Source of the DNA: Podarcis muralis
Taxonomy: Eukaryota
Reading direction: 5' to 3'
Assembly (NCBI RefSeq): GCF_964188315.1
Contig: NC_135655.1
Location: 52,514,001 to 52,578,000 of the forward strand
Length of the DNA stretch: 64,000 nucleotides
Part shown: positions 12,211-24,913 of the stretch, piece after piece
Layout of the letters: each line of letters begins with the position of its first letter
How positions within the stretch are numbered: position 1 is the stretch's first letter
Notes under the pieces: model-generated
The model's database searches: none
Seen by the model: only the letters and a program-made list of their open reading frames with translations
What the model was told of the DNA's origin: nothing
Translations under genes and position numbers: made by a program

Positions 12211-12793
12211 ATATCAGTAATGTCACTGACACGAGCTCCAGTATAATATTTCGTGCATTTCGTTTTGGTGGCGTTAAAGCATGAACATTATAATAGCACT
12301 GCTTTGTGATTGGCAAGAAAGAAGGGGAAACCAGGTGAACTGGGGTGCTCCCAGATTGTCACTATCTTTACCTGCAAATTCAGGTTGCACAGATTAAGTT
12401 GATTTGGACCTCTTGCAAAACAAACCTGCTCCCTGGTGGCTCCCTTCCCTGCAACTCAAACTTTTTGCAATAGGGAGCATGACAGGAAAACACACTGGAA
12501 AGTGTGTGATGATGCTTCATTCATGCAACACAGTGCAATCTCCCTGCAAACTTGGCGCAAGCAAATCAGTAAGAATGTTCAATAAACAGGTAACCTAGAA
12601 GCAACCATGGAGTGAAACTCGGCCACCACAACTCTATTAAGTATTTAGAGGCATTGTACATTTTTTTGCTTTAAATCAATGAACATGTAGCAGCTCTTGC
12701 TCACTAGCCTGGCTGCCCGCTACATTTGCTTCTTGAATGGCCAGCTCAAACCTGAGCCTTAGTGAAGCCCTGATTCACCAGAGTATGCAGCTG

Positions 12794-13380
12794 GGCTGCA
12801 TCAATAGGAGTATAGCATCTAGATCAAGGGAAGTAATAGTGCCACTGTATTCTGCTCTGGTCAGACCTCACCTGGAGTACTGTGTCCAGTTCTGGGCACC
12901 ACAGTTCAAGAAGGACACTGACAAACTGGAACGTGTCCAGAGGAGGGCAACCAAAATGGTCAAAGGCCTGGAAACGATGCCTTATGAGGAACGGCTAAGG
13001 GAGCTGGGCATGTTTAGCCTGGAGAAGAGGAGGTTAAGGGGTGATATGATAGCCATGTTCAAATATATAAAAGGATGTCATATAGAGGAGGGAGAAAGGT
13101 TGTTTTCTGCTGCTCCAGAGCGGAGCAATGGATCCAGACTACAAGAAAGAAGATTCCACCTAAACATTAGGAAGAACTTCCTGACAGTAAGAGCTGTTCG
13201 ACAGTGGAATTTGCTGCCAAGGAGTGTGGTGGAGTCTCCTTCTTTGGAGGTCTTTAAGCAGAGGCTTGACAACCATATGTCAGGAGTGCTCTGATGGTGT
13301 TTCCTGCTTGGCAGGGGGTTGGACTCGATGGCCCTTGTGGTCTATTCCAACTCTATGATTCTATGTTTCTATGATTCTGT
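12794..13380 (+). mobile_element. Young 5'-truncated CR1 LINE with intact RT C-terminus
   Basis: ORF 12737..13294 contains [56 protein letters not shown]; CTATGATT-type tail. Confidence 0.97.
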
Positions 13381-13419
13381 AGTTCCCATCTGCAGAATTT
13401 GCCCCATACCTTCTAGGTG

Positions 13420-13570
13420 TAGGGATGGATGCATCTATCAATTTCAGTTCTCTCATTTTTTGATTTTTCCAATCTTGAATTCAGTTCTCCACATTCCTGT
13501 AATATATGTATTACAATTTGTCAGCAACTTGGTGTGAATTTCTCCTAATATACACATTTTGCGTACAAGT
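13420..13570. mobile_element. Fragment of an AT-rich non-autonomous DNA element with TAGGGATG..CATCCCTA ends
   Basis: TAGGGATGGATG start; related pieces at ~19965-20078, 26310-26690, 30884-31278 and 51075-51372. Confidence 0.6.
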
Positions 13571-15087
13571 ATGACTACAAGTGTGAGATGAGTTTCTCAT
13601 CAGTGAATATCCTGACATACAGGTTTGCAGCCACTAGCTCACCACCAGCCCTGGAATCCGCACCACACAAATTATGACAGTTGATTGTGCTCTTGTTGGC
13701 TGTTTGGTACAGCCACATAGCAAGGATAAGGTGGCCTACTCATAGTTCCACACCATGTACAGCACACACACATATAAACCGGCACTATAGAAAACCATCC
13801 ACAGCCTCCAAATGGATTTTGGCGCTCCTGTGTCCCGTTATGCAGCCTTCAGTCATGGTCTTCCATGTGGCTGAATATCCAGCCCAAACTGAAGGAGAAA
13901 TAATGTGACACCCACATACCCTATATTTGGCTTAAAATGATCAGTGGATATGCACTGGAGCACTGACGTGTATACACGTGTGCACACAGAGGTGTGGGGC
14001 ATAGCAATATGACAGACAGCTTGTTTCAGCTGTGCCATCCACCCGCTTTGGCCATTTTTCGACCCTTGACATTTTGCAATCAAGCCCCTATTTTCCCTTT
14101 AATATCCTCTGCTAAGCATTTTCTGGCCTCCCAGTAAGGCTACTATTACAAAACCGGACGTTTATCAGGCGTTATGAAACACAGAGAGGCAGTTAAAGCT
14201 AAGTGTGTCGAGCTGTTTAATGAGAGCTTTGGCAAAACTATTGTGCTCTTAAAAGTGTCATAAAATTTAATGTGCTGTTGCCTTTTGTTTCACTATGAAG
14301 ACCGATTCCAGTGCACACAGGCCCAGTCGCCATTGGTTTCCTGAATCCTCATCTCTCCCTTGTACTATAGATTGTAATGTTTTAATAACTTGCTTATGAA
14401 TTGATTGTTTTGGAACTCATCACTCTATAAACAGAAGGTGCACCCTTCAAATGTTGCCTTGCTAGTTACTTATCATGGAGAAACTGACTCCCAGAGCTAT
14501 AACAAAACCGAGCAGCTTGCATTTATTTCCTCTTTCATTTATTTGGGGTTTTTTATTATTAATTTCCTTTTAGCTTATGGTGGATAAACCAATGGAATGA
14601 CTTAGAAATTTTGCATCATTATGGATTTTAATATCTATGTTGGTTAAAAAATAAATAATATTAATAAAATATAATAATGCCATAAACTTTAATGAAAGGG
14701 AGGCAACATACCTCGCTGGTACAGCATACACTTTGCATGCAAAATCTCCCAGCTTCTGCTGCTGCCTTCCCCAGTTCAAGACTCTCATGTAGCTGTGCTG
14801 GGACAAATCTCTGTCCCTGAGGATTATGAGACTGACAGCCGCTGCTTGCCATGGCAGAAAGAGTACTGGACTAGACAGACCACTGGGTGTCTTGCAAGAA
14901 ACTGATAGCAGCTAGTGAGAACTTCTTGCATACATTAGGTGGACTAGTGTGCAAAGTTTTGCTGCTTTCCTGAGCTCTGCAACTTGGACTTTCAGGCATC
15001 GGTACAAGGCTTAGCAAAATCCCAATGACTTGTGGATATCTGATGCCTTGATTCAGCCAAGCTGACATCAAAAAAAAAAACAACCCC

Positions 15088-15234
15088 CAGTGGCGTAGCG
15101 TGGGGGGTGCAGGGGGGGGCGGCCGCACTGGGCGCAACATCTGGGGGTTAGGGTTAGGGGGCGCAAATCCACGGGTTAGGGGGTGCAAATTACTTGCCTT
15201 GCCCCGGGTGCTGACAACCCACGCTACGCCACTG
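15088..15234. mobile_element. 147-bp hAT MITE containing TTAGGG units
   Basis: Perfect 17-bp TIR CAGTGGCGTAGCGTGGG/CCCACGCTACGCCACTG; perfect 8-bp TSD ACAACCCC. Confidence 0.95.
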
Positions 15235-16444
15235 ACAACCCCCAAACAATCAGGGAACACAGTATAACAAAGCTCTTTGTATATGTCCTCATGATTGTTC
15301 TGGCCATTTTTTCCTAAAGGAAAGAAAAATGAAAGTTTTGTCCTACTGGAAGAGACTAAGGCTTGTAGCACACTGCTACAACATTTTTGAGCGTATGTTC
15401 ACATGTTATCTTTCAGAGGGTATTCAAAGGTTGAGAAGAATCAGCTGTGTAATCTCACTAGAATCACTGGCTCTGTTATCTTGGTGTAGTCCTCCCCCCC
15501 CCCCCCATCACCAGCAAATCTTCCTCGTCTTAGATAAAATTCCCACAGGCAAACTCATGGTTTAATTGCTCACAGGATGTTTTAGCAAGTGATGCTACTT
15601 CTTATTAATTTAGTATGTTTTTAGACCACCTTTTGGGATCAAAATCGCCCGAAGGAGGTTTCTAACATATAATTATGCTGATTCCAAATGTGTTGCTTGT
15701 AGGGATGTTGCAGAACTCCATCGGAAACAGAAAAGAGCACGATCAATCACCTCATTGTGCATGTTTATCATAGGTTAGGAACAGAAAACATGAAAATGAA
15801 GGTGAGTGGCATTAGCTATAGTTTTTTTAGTCTGCAAATTGGTTGGCACCTGTATCTCTTGAGAGGCAATGGAGGAGTGTACCTGTCTGTTTTAAAAATA
15901 ATTATGATGGGTTTTTGCTGTTTCTCTTCCATCAAAATGCATTGAAATGAATCACATAATTAATTAAATAAATTTCAACCCTAGCAATAGCAGGATGAAC
16001 AATGTAGGTTTTAGCAGAAGTTGAACTGCAGTGGAATGGAAACAGAGATTTTGACAACAAACACAGGACAGGATGGAAATCACTGCCTCCTTACATCCCT
16101 AGTTACTTGCAATCACTTGTGTGAGGTTTTATTTACTTACAGACATGGGGGGATTCTAACTGGGAATACAGTGCATAGGGAGGGGAACTTCAATCTTTCC
16201 CCCACTGTGATCGCAGTGGAAATTCTCTCTGCTGCAGTTAGGTTTAGGGTGAAATTAGGACCCCTCCCTTTCCTCCAAGCCTAATTGCAGTATTTCCATT
16301 GCAAAAATGGCAATACAATGTTCTCTCTCTATACAATGTTTTCCTAATTAAACCCCCCTTCAATGCCTGTAATTAAATAAATGAATAAATAAATAAAGGC
16401 AGACAGACACACTCAGTTAGTGTCACCTGTCGTTAGGTCCTCAT

Positions 16445-16521
16445 CAGTGTTATATTTCTAGAAAAAGAGGTGCCAGAACTCACCCTTGTTCTCTTATAGT
16501 TCCAGCTGAAAAAAATCTCTG
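16445..16521. mobile_element. 77-bp hAT MITE
   Basis: CAGTG..TCTCTG ends; perfect 8-bp TSD GTCCTCAT; same family as 35388. Confidence 0.85.
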
Positions 16522-17128
16522 GTCCTCATTCTACCTAGAGTAAACTTCTACAATATCATGCAGCAACTAGCACCCAGACCAAGCAACCCATAGGTCCCCA
16601 CCAATTTGTTAATTCTTGTAAACATTTCAAGCTGGGGAACTCATGGCATAACGTTTCGTTTCTTTTTAATGGCATCTGCATTATCTGAGCCCATCTCTGG
16701 AAGATTTAATGCGAGCTGGTAACTCAGTGGTCCCCAAGCACCTCTTTTATTTGGGATGAAAGAATAAGCATCCCACCTGCCTTCTTCCATCCAGACTCCG
16801 ATGCACTCCTGCAGGCATGATGTTCTAGTCTGCGCATCTGGCATTAAGAGCCGAATATTAGGCTTAGTGATGTTAATGCTTTAATGACAGGAGATGAAAG
16901 ACCTGATTCCAATAACTTTCCATGCTCCAGTTCCCACTGCTTTATGAGGTGCCGTGCACTTTGGTACCTCTGAGAGAGAATGCGCTTCCATGTCTTACTT
17001 CAACATCTTTATTGCTTTTGTTCCACAGATAGGAGTCATTAAACTACAGTAACTTAAGCCAAGGAAGAGGGGGAAGGGATTTTGCTGAGGCAACATAGGT
17101 ATGTAGGCTTTCTGGCAGGAAGACATTA

Positions 17129-17818
17129 GGGGAAAGGCCATAGCTCAGTGGCAGAGCAGCTGCTTTACATGCAGAAGGTCCCAGGTTCAATTCCCGCATC
17201 TCCAGGTAGAGCTGGAAGAGAACACTGCCTGAAACCCTGGAGAGTGATGGTCAATCAGTGCAGATGATATTGCACTAGACCAGGGGTCTGCAACCTTTAA
17301 GACAAAAAGAGCCACTTGGACCCGTTTCCGAAGGGAGAAAAAACGGGAGCTGCAAAACCATTGCGACATTTAAAACAAATATATCCTCGTCATTATAAAA
17401 ATAACTTTTTTGTCACTTTTTTATTATTATTTCTTTGTTTGACCCCTCAGAATTACTCCTCCTCATAGAAATAAACATTAAATTAACAAGTTACCTTTTT
17501 GTGTGTGTGTGTGTTCTTCACTCCCCTTCAAAACAGTGACCAGCGTACATGCCCCTTACAATGTAGCGGGCGGGAAGGTGACGTCGGGACGGTGCGTGAC
17601 TAACCCACGCACCGACCCCATATGATGTCACAGCCAGTACAGCGCCCGCCACAGTGGGGAGTGTCGGGGCGCACAATGCGCCTTCTCCACTCACTAGTAT
17701 CCGCCCCGGAGCCGCGGCAAAGGTGTAAAAGAGCCACATGTGGCTCTGGAGCAGCGGGTTGCCGACCCCTGCGCCAGACAGATCAATGGAATGACTCTAT
17801 ATAAGGCAGCTTCTTATG
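17129..17818 (+). mobile_element. tRNA-derived SINE (Squam2-like) split by a hAT MITE
   Basis: GGCCATAGCTCAGTGGCAGAGC (A box), GGTTCAATTCCC (B box), body to 17280; resumes at 17772 with ..TATAAGGCAGCTTCTTATGT. Confidence 0.88.
17281..17771. mobile_element. hAT (Charlie-type) non-autonomous element, 491 bp
   Basis: TIR CAGGGGTCTGCAACC / GGTTGCCGACCCCTG; TSD cactagac/cgccagac (6/8 match). Confidence 0.88.
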
Positions 17819-17820
17819 TA

Positions 17821-18028
17821 CAGTCATACCTCGGAAGTTGAACAGAATCCATTCCGGAAGTCCGTTCGACTTCCAAAACATTTGGAAACCAAGCTCCTGC
17901 AGCCTACTGGAAGCTGCATTGGACATTTGGGTTCCAAAGAATGTTCACAAGCACTCACTTCGGGGTTTACGGCGTTCGGGAGCCAAAACGTTTGAATTGC
18001 AAGGTGTTTGGGATCCAAGGTACGACTG
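17821..18028. mobile_element. Tigger/pogo-type MITE
   Basis: TA|CAGTCATACCTCGG ... CCAAGGTACGACTG|TA. Confidence 0.88.
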
Positions 18029-18379
18029 TACATAGAAAAAAGAGGGGAGCTGTTCTAAATTGTCCCACTTAGAGAGATATCCGTTGTCTCTCCACTATCT
18101 TATTGAGTGTGAGGGGAGTGACTGTATAGCTTTCCTCTTTTGCTTCATTCTAGTCTGTCAGAGTTTCTAATTTATACTTCTTTCATTTTGAGTATATGTT
18201 GAACACACTTAACGTTCTATAGGGCCCCACAGTCACCATCACACACACACACTTTGCATATTCAGGTTTTCCCATTCACTTCATAGGAGACTTAAGCTCC
18301 AGATGTATACACAGAAGTGTCTCCTTCATGGCAGTGAATTGGGAAGTGCTTTAGGTGTGAAGAGCTTCTTGTGCATCCT

Positions 18380-18465
18380 CTATTTTATTCTGTGAACTGC
18401 CCTGAGATCTTATGATGAAGGGCAGTATATAAATCTTAATCTTAATAATAATAATAATAATAATT
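18380..18465 (+). mobile_element. L2-type 3' tail with (AAT)n
   Basis: TGTGAACTGCCCTGAGATCTT..GAAGGGCAGTATATAAAT followed by AAT repeats. Confidence 0.6.
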
Positions 18466-18715
18466 ACTTTGCCATGCCAAATGTTCTTAAAGCCAATGAA
18501 TGGCATTGGGGCGGGTATGACGACTTTGGCTGCTATTCAACTGTTTTACGCAGAGGAGACTGACTAAAATGAATGAACATGACTAAGGGAGGTCCATTCA
18601 TTTCAATAGGTCAATGGTAAAATTTAGTTGACTACCACCCAAGGGGACCAACTTCACCAAGAACTGCTGGCTACTACGGCCTCATGTAAGAATTCATATA
18701 AGGAAATGGATAATG

Positions 18716-18840
18716 GGGGTGGGGAACCTGTAGCTGTCCAGATATTGTTGGACTACAACTCCCAGGTATCCTTGGCCATTGGTCATGCTGCCTAGGGCTG
18801 ATGGGAGTTGGAGTCTGACAACATCTGGAAGGCCACAGAT
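18716..18840. mobile_element. Palindromic hAT-type MITE
   Basis: TCCAGATATTGTTGGACTACAACTCCC..GGGAGTTGGAGTCTGACAACATCTGGA. Confidence 0.75.
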
Positions 18841-19537
18841 ATTCTTCAACCTGATCATAGCATCTGGTGTGCAACACTCATTTATATAGAGTTAAATCTC
18901 TGCTATCTTCCAGCCCTGCTGCACCCCTGCTAGACAGAGCCCACATTACCTTTTCCCTGTTAAGAAGGGAATGCAGTTATCCTTTTTGCAGCAGCTCTGC
19001 CTGTGGCATGTGTATTGTGCTACCTTGCAGCCCACCGTGCCCTCCCAGGGAAGGAAATGGGGCTTTAATGAGACTCAGCTGTGCTCAGATCACGGACTCC
19101 TTGAATTAGTTCTGCTTTAGCATCAAAGGCACGATAAACAGGAGGCCAGGCGCTGCAGGCCGTTATCACTACAGTACCTAAAATCTCACCCGGGGCTTAC
19201 ATAGTCTGTCCCCTTTGAAGGAAAATTCAATGTAACTTCCCATAATCTCAGAGCTCTTTGGTATTGTCAGCGAGACATATCTCAAGGGTGGTAAATGTTC
19301 CTTTCTATACTCTGGCAGGCTAATGCCTTTATGACTCCCATACTTAAGGCAATAGAAGGAGTCTAAAAGAGAAGTCTAATATAACCTCGGATATTAGTAG
19401 GTCCTCTCCAACTCAAGGTTATGGCTACAACTAGTGGCCAAGGATGGTGAACAGCTGACCCCTAAGAGTGATGGAAGAGTATGGAGGGGCGAGGCTTTGC
19501 AAGCAACCTAATTAACCACTAGTGAGGCACATGTTTA

Positions 19538-19725
19538 GGGTTGTATCCTGTACTCACACAACAAGACTTTCCCTTCTTCTCCTCCCACTCAAAATCAGCG
19601 CAGAATGTTCCCCAGCCCTCTGGAGCAAATTTTGAAGGTGTATAAGAAAAGGAGAAGAAGGCAAAATTCAGCCACACACATGGAAGTTTGTTGTTTGAAT
19701 GTGACCACAGCACTGAATACAATCC
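19538..19725. mobile_element. Harbinger-like MITE (GGGTTGTATCC ends)
   Basis: GGGTTGTATCC..GAATACAATCC termini; family shared with 32316 and 26158. Confidence 0.5.
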
Positions 19726-19738
19726 TTAGTTATATCAC

Positions 19739-19889
19739 CAGTGCTTTTTTTCGGGGGGGGGGGTGCAGGTGTACGCATACCCCTAAACACTTTGTGGATC
19801 TAACTTTGGCCTCTTCATTGAGGGGCAGTATTTCAATATGAGTAGGAAAATGAGAGTACCCCTAAACATTTTTTTTAGAAAAAGCACTG
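19739..19889. mobile_element. hAT MITE, CAGTGCTTTTT family
   Basis: TIR CAGTGCTTTTT/AAAAAGCACTG; perfect 8-bp TSD TATATCAC. Confidence 0.93.
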
Positions 19890-20089
19890 TATATCACTGC
19901 CTAGTGCCTACTCTTTATATAGTGCACTAGCGCAACACCTAATCATATAGAAATCAAAGTGGCAATTGGGTAAAAGTAAAACTGAATTTCGAAGGGTATC
20001 TGCATTTTAGTTTGAATGTTGGTTCAAGAAATGAGAATTGTTGAAATATGAACGAAATCAAATTCCTCCTCCATCCCTACTTTAAAATG

Positions 20090-20358
20090 CAGGAATCTCA
20101 ACTAAAGCATCCAAGACAGATGGCCATCCAACCTCTACTTAAAAACATCCAATGAAGGGAGTCCATTCCACTGTCAAACAGCTCTTACTGTCAGAAAGTT
20201 CTTCCTGATGTTTAGTCGGAATCTCCTTTCTTGTAACTTGAAGCCATTGGTTCAGCTCCTACCCTCCAGAGAAGGAGAAAACAAATTTGCTCCATCTTCC
20301 ATATGACAGTCCTTGAGATATTTGAAGACAGCTACCATATCTCCTCTCAGTCTCCTCT
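20090..20358 (-). mobile_element. Older CR1 fragment
   Basis: CCACTGTCAAACAGCTCTTACTGTCAGAAAGTTCTTCCTGATGTTTAG is the antisense of the CR1 RT end. Confidence 0.85.
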
Positions 20359-20433
20359 TATCCAGGCTAAACATACCTCTGTTTTTAATATTAATTTTTT
20401 ACTATCCTCAGTTTTTATATTTTTGGGGGAGGA

Positions 20434-20435
<2 letters not shown>

Positions 20436-20480
<45 letters not shown>
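20436..20480. repeat. (CT)n microsatellite
   Basis: Direct reading. Confidence 0.95.
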
Positions 20481-20484
<4 letters not shown>

Positions 20485-22879
20485 TTTACAGAAAACTTCA
20501 CAGGGGCTACTTTCTTAAGGAAACAATAGCTTTCCTTAGGGGACAGGAGCCTTGGCAGAATATTCTATTCCAGCGTTTTCAAGAATTATTAGTTGGCTGG
20601 AATTCCTGTCCATAATTTAAATAACACATTCTGTATTTTTGAAAGGCCACCATGACTTCTCCCTTGAAATAATAAAATAGCCAGAGGGTGAAACCCCCTC
20701 TTTCCCTTTCTTTAATTCATTCATTCTCCCAACTTCAGAATGATAAATATTTTTTCTCTCTCTTTCTGGTCTGTCAGCCACATGGTGCAGTTTAGGGAAT
20801 AGCCTCCTCCTCCTCCTCCTCCTCCTCACAGCCACAATTCTCCCAGCCTGGTCTGTGCATCTAAATAGGGTCGAGCCAAAATCAACAGCACATTTCATGA
20901 AAAACACAATTCTTGTTTCAGTAATTGTGTGGGTAGGAGTCCTGCAGAAAGGGGAGGGGGATATCCACCCATTCACAATTAGGGCACAAAGCTTTGCTCT
21001 CACTCGGATTTGGCTTCATTATATTATTGTGCCGACTGGCTTTTGTAACCATGTGACATCATCATATCGAGTACTTGGTCCCTACCACTTCGGGATTGCC
21101 TTGGGGAGGTGTCCCTGAGTATTATTTTTTAAATGGTACTCAGTGTGCAAATCAGGGAAAGAAGCCATTGCAGAGAGGTGACAAGAAATGGTAAGAAAAG
21201 GCCGAAACCTTTCCCCTTCACCTTGGCCATATTCATAGGTAAAAATTCCATGCAGTCTGCTGCTTTTGTATTTAAGGATTCTTTTGGGACATGGCAAATA
21301 TTTTACATTGTCTGCTAGATTTCCATTACCGGCCTGTCTCATTAAAAGGCTGGCAAGTGGCAGGGAGAGAGAAGAGGGAGAGTTCATTCAGATACACATG
21401 GAGCAGTGTGTGTGTCACGCATGGCCATCTGCAGGACTTTTCCAGTGTGGGAGGGGCCAAAGTAAATACTGCAAATAAATGAATAAATCAACAAACAAAC
21501 GTAAGTGAAATGTTGGAGTAGGTTAGTATCTCACTAAACAAGGGAGAAACAAATGCATTTCCCCTCACATCTCAGGTTCGACAAATGCTGTAAACTCTTT
21601 CCTTTTTAAAAATGAAAGCTGGGAATATGCACATTATGGTTCATCCAGGGATGAGCTGCTGCCCCCTTTGCCCTTTGTAGGTATCAGTGCTACTGCATCA
21701 GCAACCATCTCCACCACTATAGCTAAAGGATGCACTAAAAGAAGCACTGGGGGCAAGAGATATCTTGAAGACCTTTTGTCTGCCTCGGGGACAAGATAAT
21801 GTTATAAAAGACATGCAGTGGTTCTTCTGCTTCAGAAACACACAAGTAAGTAACAGCCTTATTTCTTTTCTGTAACTCAAGTCAGGTATGAAGGTTGAAA
21901 TCCACACCAACATTAGTTACTGGCTTCTATTTCCTTCTTTGCTTCCGAAGACTACTTTAAAAGTCCTTCAGTGAGCAGGGTTCATTTTAGATAACCTTTA
22001 GAGGTTCCAATTCCAAGGACCAGCTTTATGATAAGTCTTTCTACTGCCGCTTCTGCGAAGGTCTGTGAGGTATTTACTGGTGGTCCTTGGAAAGCTGTGA
22101 GATCACATGGTGTTGGCTTTGTTCCCTGTTTCCAGCTGCTTAATTGCATTAAAAGCAGCTAAAAATATAGTACATTCTTTCCTAACATTGCTTTTCTGTG
22201 TAAGCAATTGCTGAGAGTCACCGCAAACATATTGCAAGTTGGATGGGAGGAGGTCCATGCTATTGTGAAGAGAGTGTCCCACACCACCTAGAAAAGCGTA
22301 AGAAGAATTCAAGATGACTTTCACTATTATTTATGGTCTGTCCTCTAAACATTCTCAAGGATATCTTTCTCAATTCACTCATATTACCATTGTAATTAAC
22401 AAGTAGCAAAATATCCTTAGTTCCTCAGTGGTGTCTCAGATTGCATTCTGTGGATGGGGAAATGTGATACTTGGCTCCATAAATTGTCACAGGCCCTTGT
22501 CAGTGGCTGCCCATCACACTGGTGTGTGCATCTGTGGAACTGACCATTGTTTCTTCCTTATTGTTGGAGGAGTCAGTTTTCTCAGGTGTGGATTGTGATG
22601 TGGAATCCTAACGACTATGGGTAGGATCCAAGTCTACCCCTCTCTTTCCACTGAGCTCCTCATGTTAGCTTTCCCCCAACTCCAACCCACCTTCTTTGCC
22701 TGCAGGTTTTTGTATCCTCATGAAATGTGGAGGGTTGCATATGGTGGTTGAGATGCAGGTCCTTGCCCTGCCTTAGTGAGTGCCTCCTCATTTATTTTTT
22801 CCTGCTCTACTCTGATACAATGACTGAACCATGCTTCATGTTCCATCTTTGAGACAGGAATATTAGGATGAGTACTTAC

Positions 22880-23270
22880 AGCAGGCCTTCTCAGTTGTGG
22901 CACCGTAGAAACGCTTTTCTCCAGACGGCCTTCTGAAGATAACACGTTCTATTTTTAAAAGATTACTATCCAGGGCTCTTACTCACTTTGCTGCAGCTTT
23001 TCTGTTACTACTAGTAGTAATAGTAGTCAGTAGTAGTCAATTACCGTACTAGTAGTAGTAACCCATCCACCCTGACTAGAGTGGTGGGCAGACAATTCAA
23101 AATACGACACAGCAATATCACACAAAATCAATGAATATAATTTTTTTAACAAACCACAGCCAAGTGTCAATTTTTAAAATCCATCGTCTTCATAGGCTTG
23201 ATAGAAGATAAATGTCTTAACTTGACTTTAAAAAACAAAGGGAGTTAGAGATTCTGGGTGCCATAAGAGA
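22880..23270. mobile_element. Old L2 fragments with (AGT)n tail
   Basis: GGCCTTCTCAGTTGTGGCACC (plus-strand L2 motif); AGT repeats followed by a degenerate minus-strand L2 tail. Confidence 0.45.
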
Positions 23271-23780
23271 TGCTGTTCAACTTTATTTTAATGTAATTTG
23301 TCCCTTTTTAAAAAATGCAATTGTCTTTTTTTAAACTCTGCATTGCCTTGAGCACTTTCTGGAACAAGTAACTAACAACCATTTAAAATGAATGCAATCA
23401 TGGACAGAGTCACTGACAGTCCCAATTATACACCCAAATGCCTGCAGTTCCATGATGTGCTATTTTGAGGCAAACTTTTGCATCTGGCTTTGACATGTGT
23501 GTTGCATGTGTCACAGCCTGACGCACAGCTACATAGTGCAATGTGACTCATTTATTCTGAAACACCACAATATCTATTGTCAGCTTTAGAATTGTTGAAT
23601 TGGCCACTGTTTCTGATTGTTTCAGAAATACATTGATAAGCCTGTATTGCTTAGAATTATTTACAAAACATGCCACTTTCTGGCTCACAGCTGAGTAAGT
23701 AAACTCCACCCACTGAAAGATTTAAGAAAAAGGGAGAGACTAAACCTCACTGTGCTAGCTCTTGATCAATGGGCTGTGCC

Positions 23781-24203
23781 CAGGGCTGGCCCAACACTTT
23801 TTGGCACCTGAGGTAAGCTGTGCCACCAGCACTCTCCAGATCCAAGCCCACGCCCTGGCAGGGTGGGAGGAGACCAGCAGCACTGCAGCCATTCTGTGAG
23901 TATGCCCCCTTTTCTCTGAGAGTCTTGGCGGAAAGGGGGTGCTCCATGAGGCATTGCTACTGCTCCCACTGGCTTTGGTTTTTGGCTGCATCTTTTGTTT
24001 ACTTGAAGCCAAGTCTGGATCAGGATCTCCCTGTGGCCTTTTGTTACCTGAGGCAGGTTACTTCATACTGCCGCATTGGTGTGCCGGCCATGCTAGGGCA
24101 GCAAGCTAGCTGCAGGGCTGCAGGGCAGACATGACCACATGACATGCCTTTTTAGCCGCCTGAGGCAGCTGCCTCATTCTGCCTCATGGTAGGGCCAGTC
24201 CTG
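23781..24203. mobile_element. hAT-type non-autonomous element, ~423 bp
   Basis: CAGGGCTGGCCC..GGGCCAGTCCTG termini; TSD gctgtgcc/gctttacc (6/8 match). Confidence 0.65.
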
Positions 24204-24352
24204 GCTTTACCTGCTGAAAATCACCCTATTGCTATTTGCCCCTGTAGCTGATTTTTGTGCAGCAATTTATTCAACCAGCAGCTTTGGGGGAGGCTGAATT
24301 CCAGCATCAGAATGGTGCGAGTCCTCTTGCACAATAGTCTCAGCACGAATTC

Positions 24353-24358
24353 ACACAC

Positions 24359-24393
<35 letters not shown>
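24353..24393. repeat. (CA)n microsatellite
   Basis: Direct reading. Confidence 0.95.
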
Positions 24394-24394
<1 letters not shown>

Positions 24395-24476
24395 CTCGTG
24401 TGAGCGTAAAAAGAGGAGGAGCATCCCAATCACTAGATTCAAAGATGTGGCTAACATAATATTAGAGATGCTAGAA

Positions 24477-24913
24477 CAGAGGTTCCCCAACTGTGATCTG
24501 CAGACCATCTGTGGTCTGTGAGCTTCATATAGGTGGTCTGCAGCATGTCTGTGAAGAATAGGAAAAGCAGCAGCAAGGGGTGCAGTGGGTGCTCTGTCAT
24601 TCTTAGAACCTGGTGCTCCTCTCAGAAGGTGAGCAGGACAGACTGGAAGTGACAGGGGAAGGAGGCACTTGAAATCAGTGGAGAGGCTTAGCAGCAAAGT
24701 TAATGGGAGGCTAGAATAAGAAGCTTAATTCATGGATATACATTTCTATGGAATTCAAATTGTAATGCAATAGAATAGAATATATATCATGTCGCATCTA
24801 GCAAAGCATGTTGCAATAGCCTACAACAGGCAGGGGAAATATCATTAAGTGCTCCACCAGGACCCTCAGCAAATTTCAAGTTGTCCATAGGAGAGAAAGG
24901 TTGGGAACCACTA
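24477..24913. mobile_element. Old hAT/Charlie-type element
   Basis: CAGAGGTTCCCCAAC..GGTTGGGAACCACT termini; no clean TSD. Confidence 0.6.

Noticed and set aside
17129-17210. tRNA gene
   Set aside because: A and B boxes are present, but the sequence continues into a SINE body and tail and does not form a complete cloverleaf. The same applies to 43291, 1525 and the Sauria heads.
24221-24697. 158-aa ORF with CVCVCV run
   Set aside because: It is produced by a (CA)n microsatellite plus an old hAT element.
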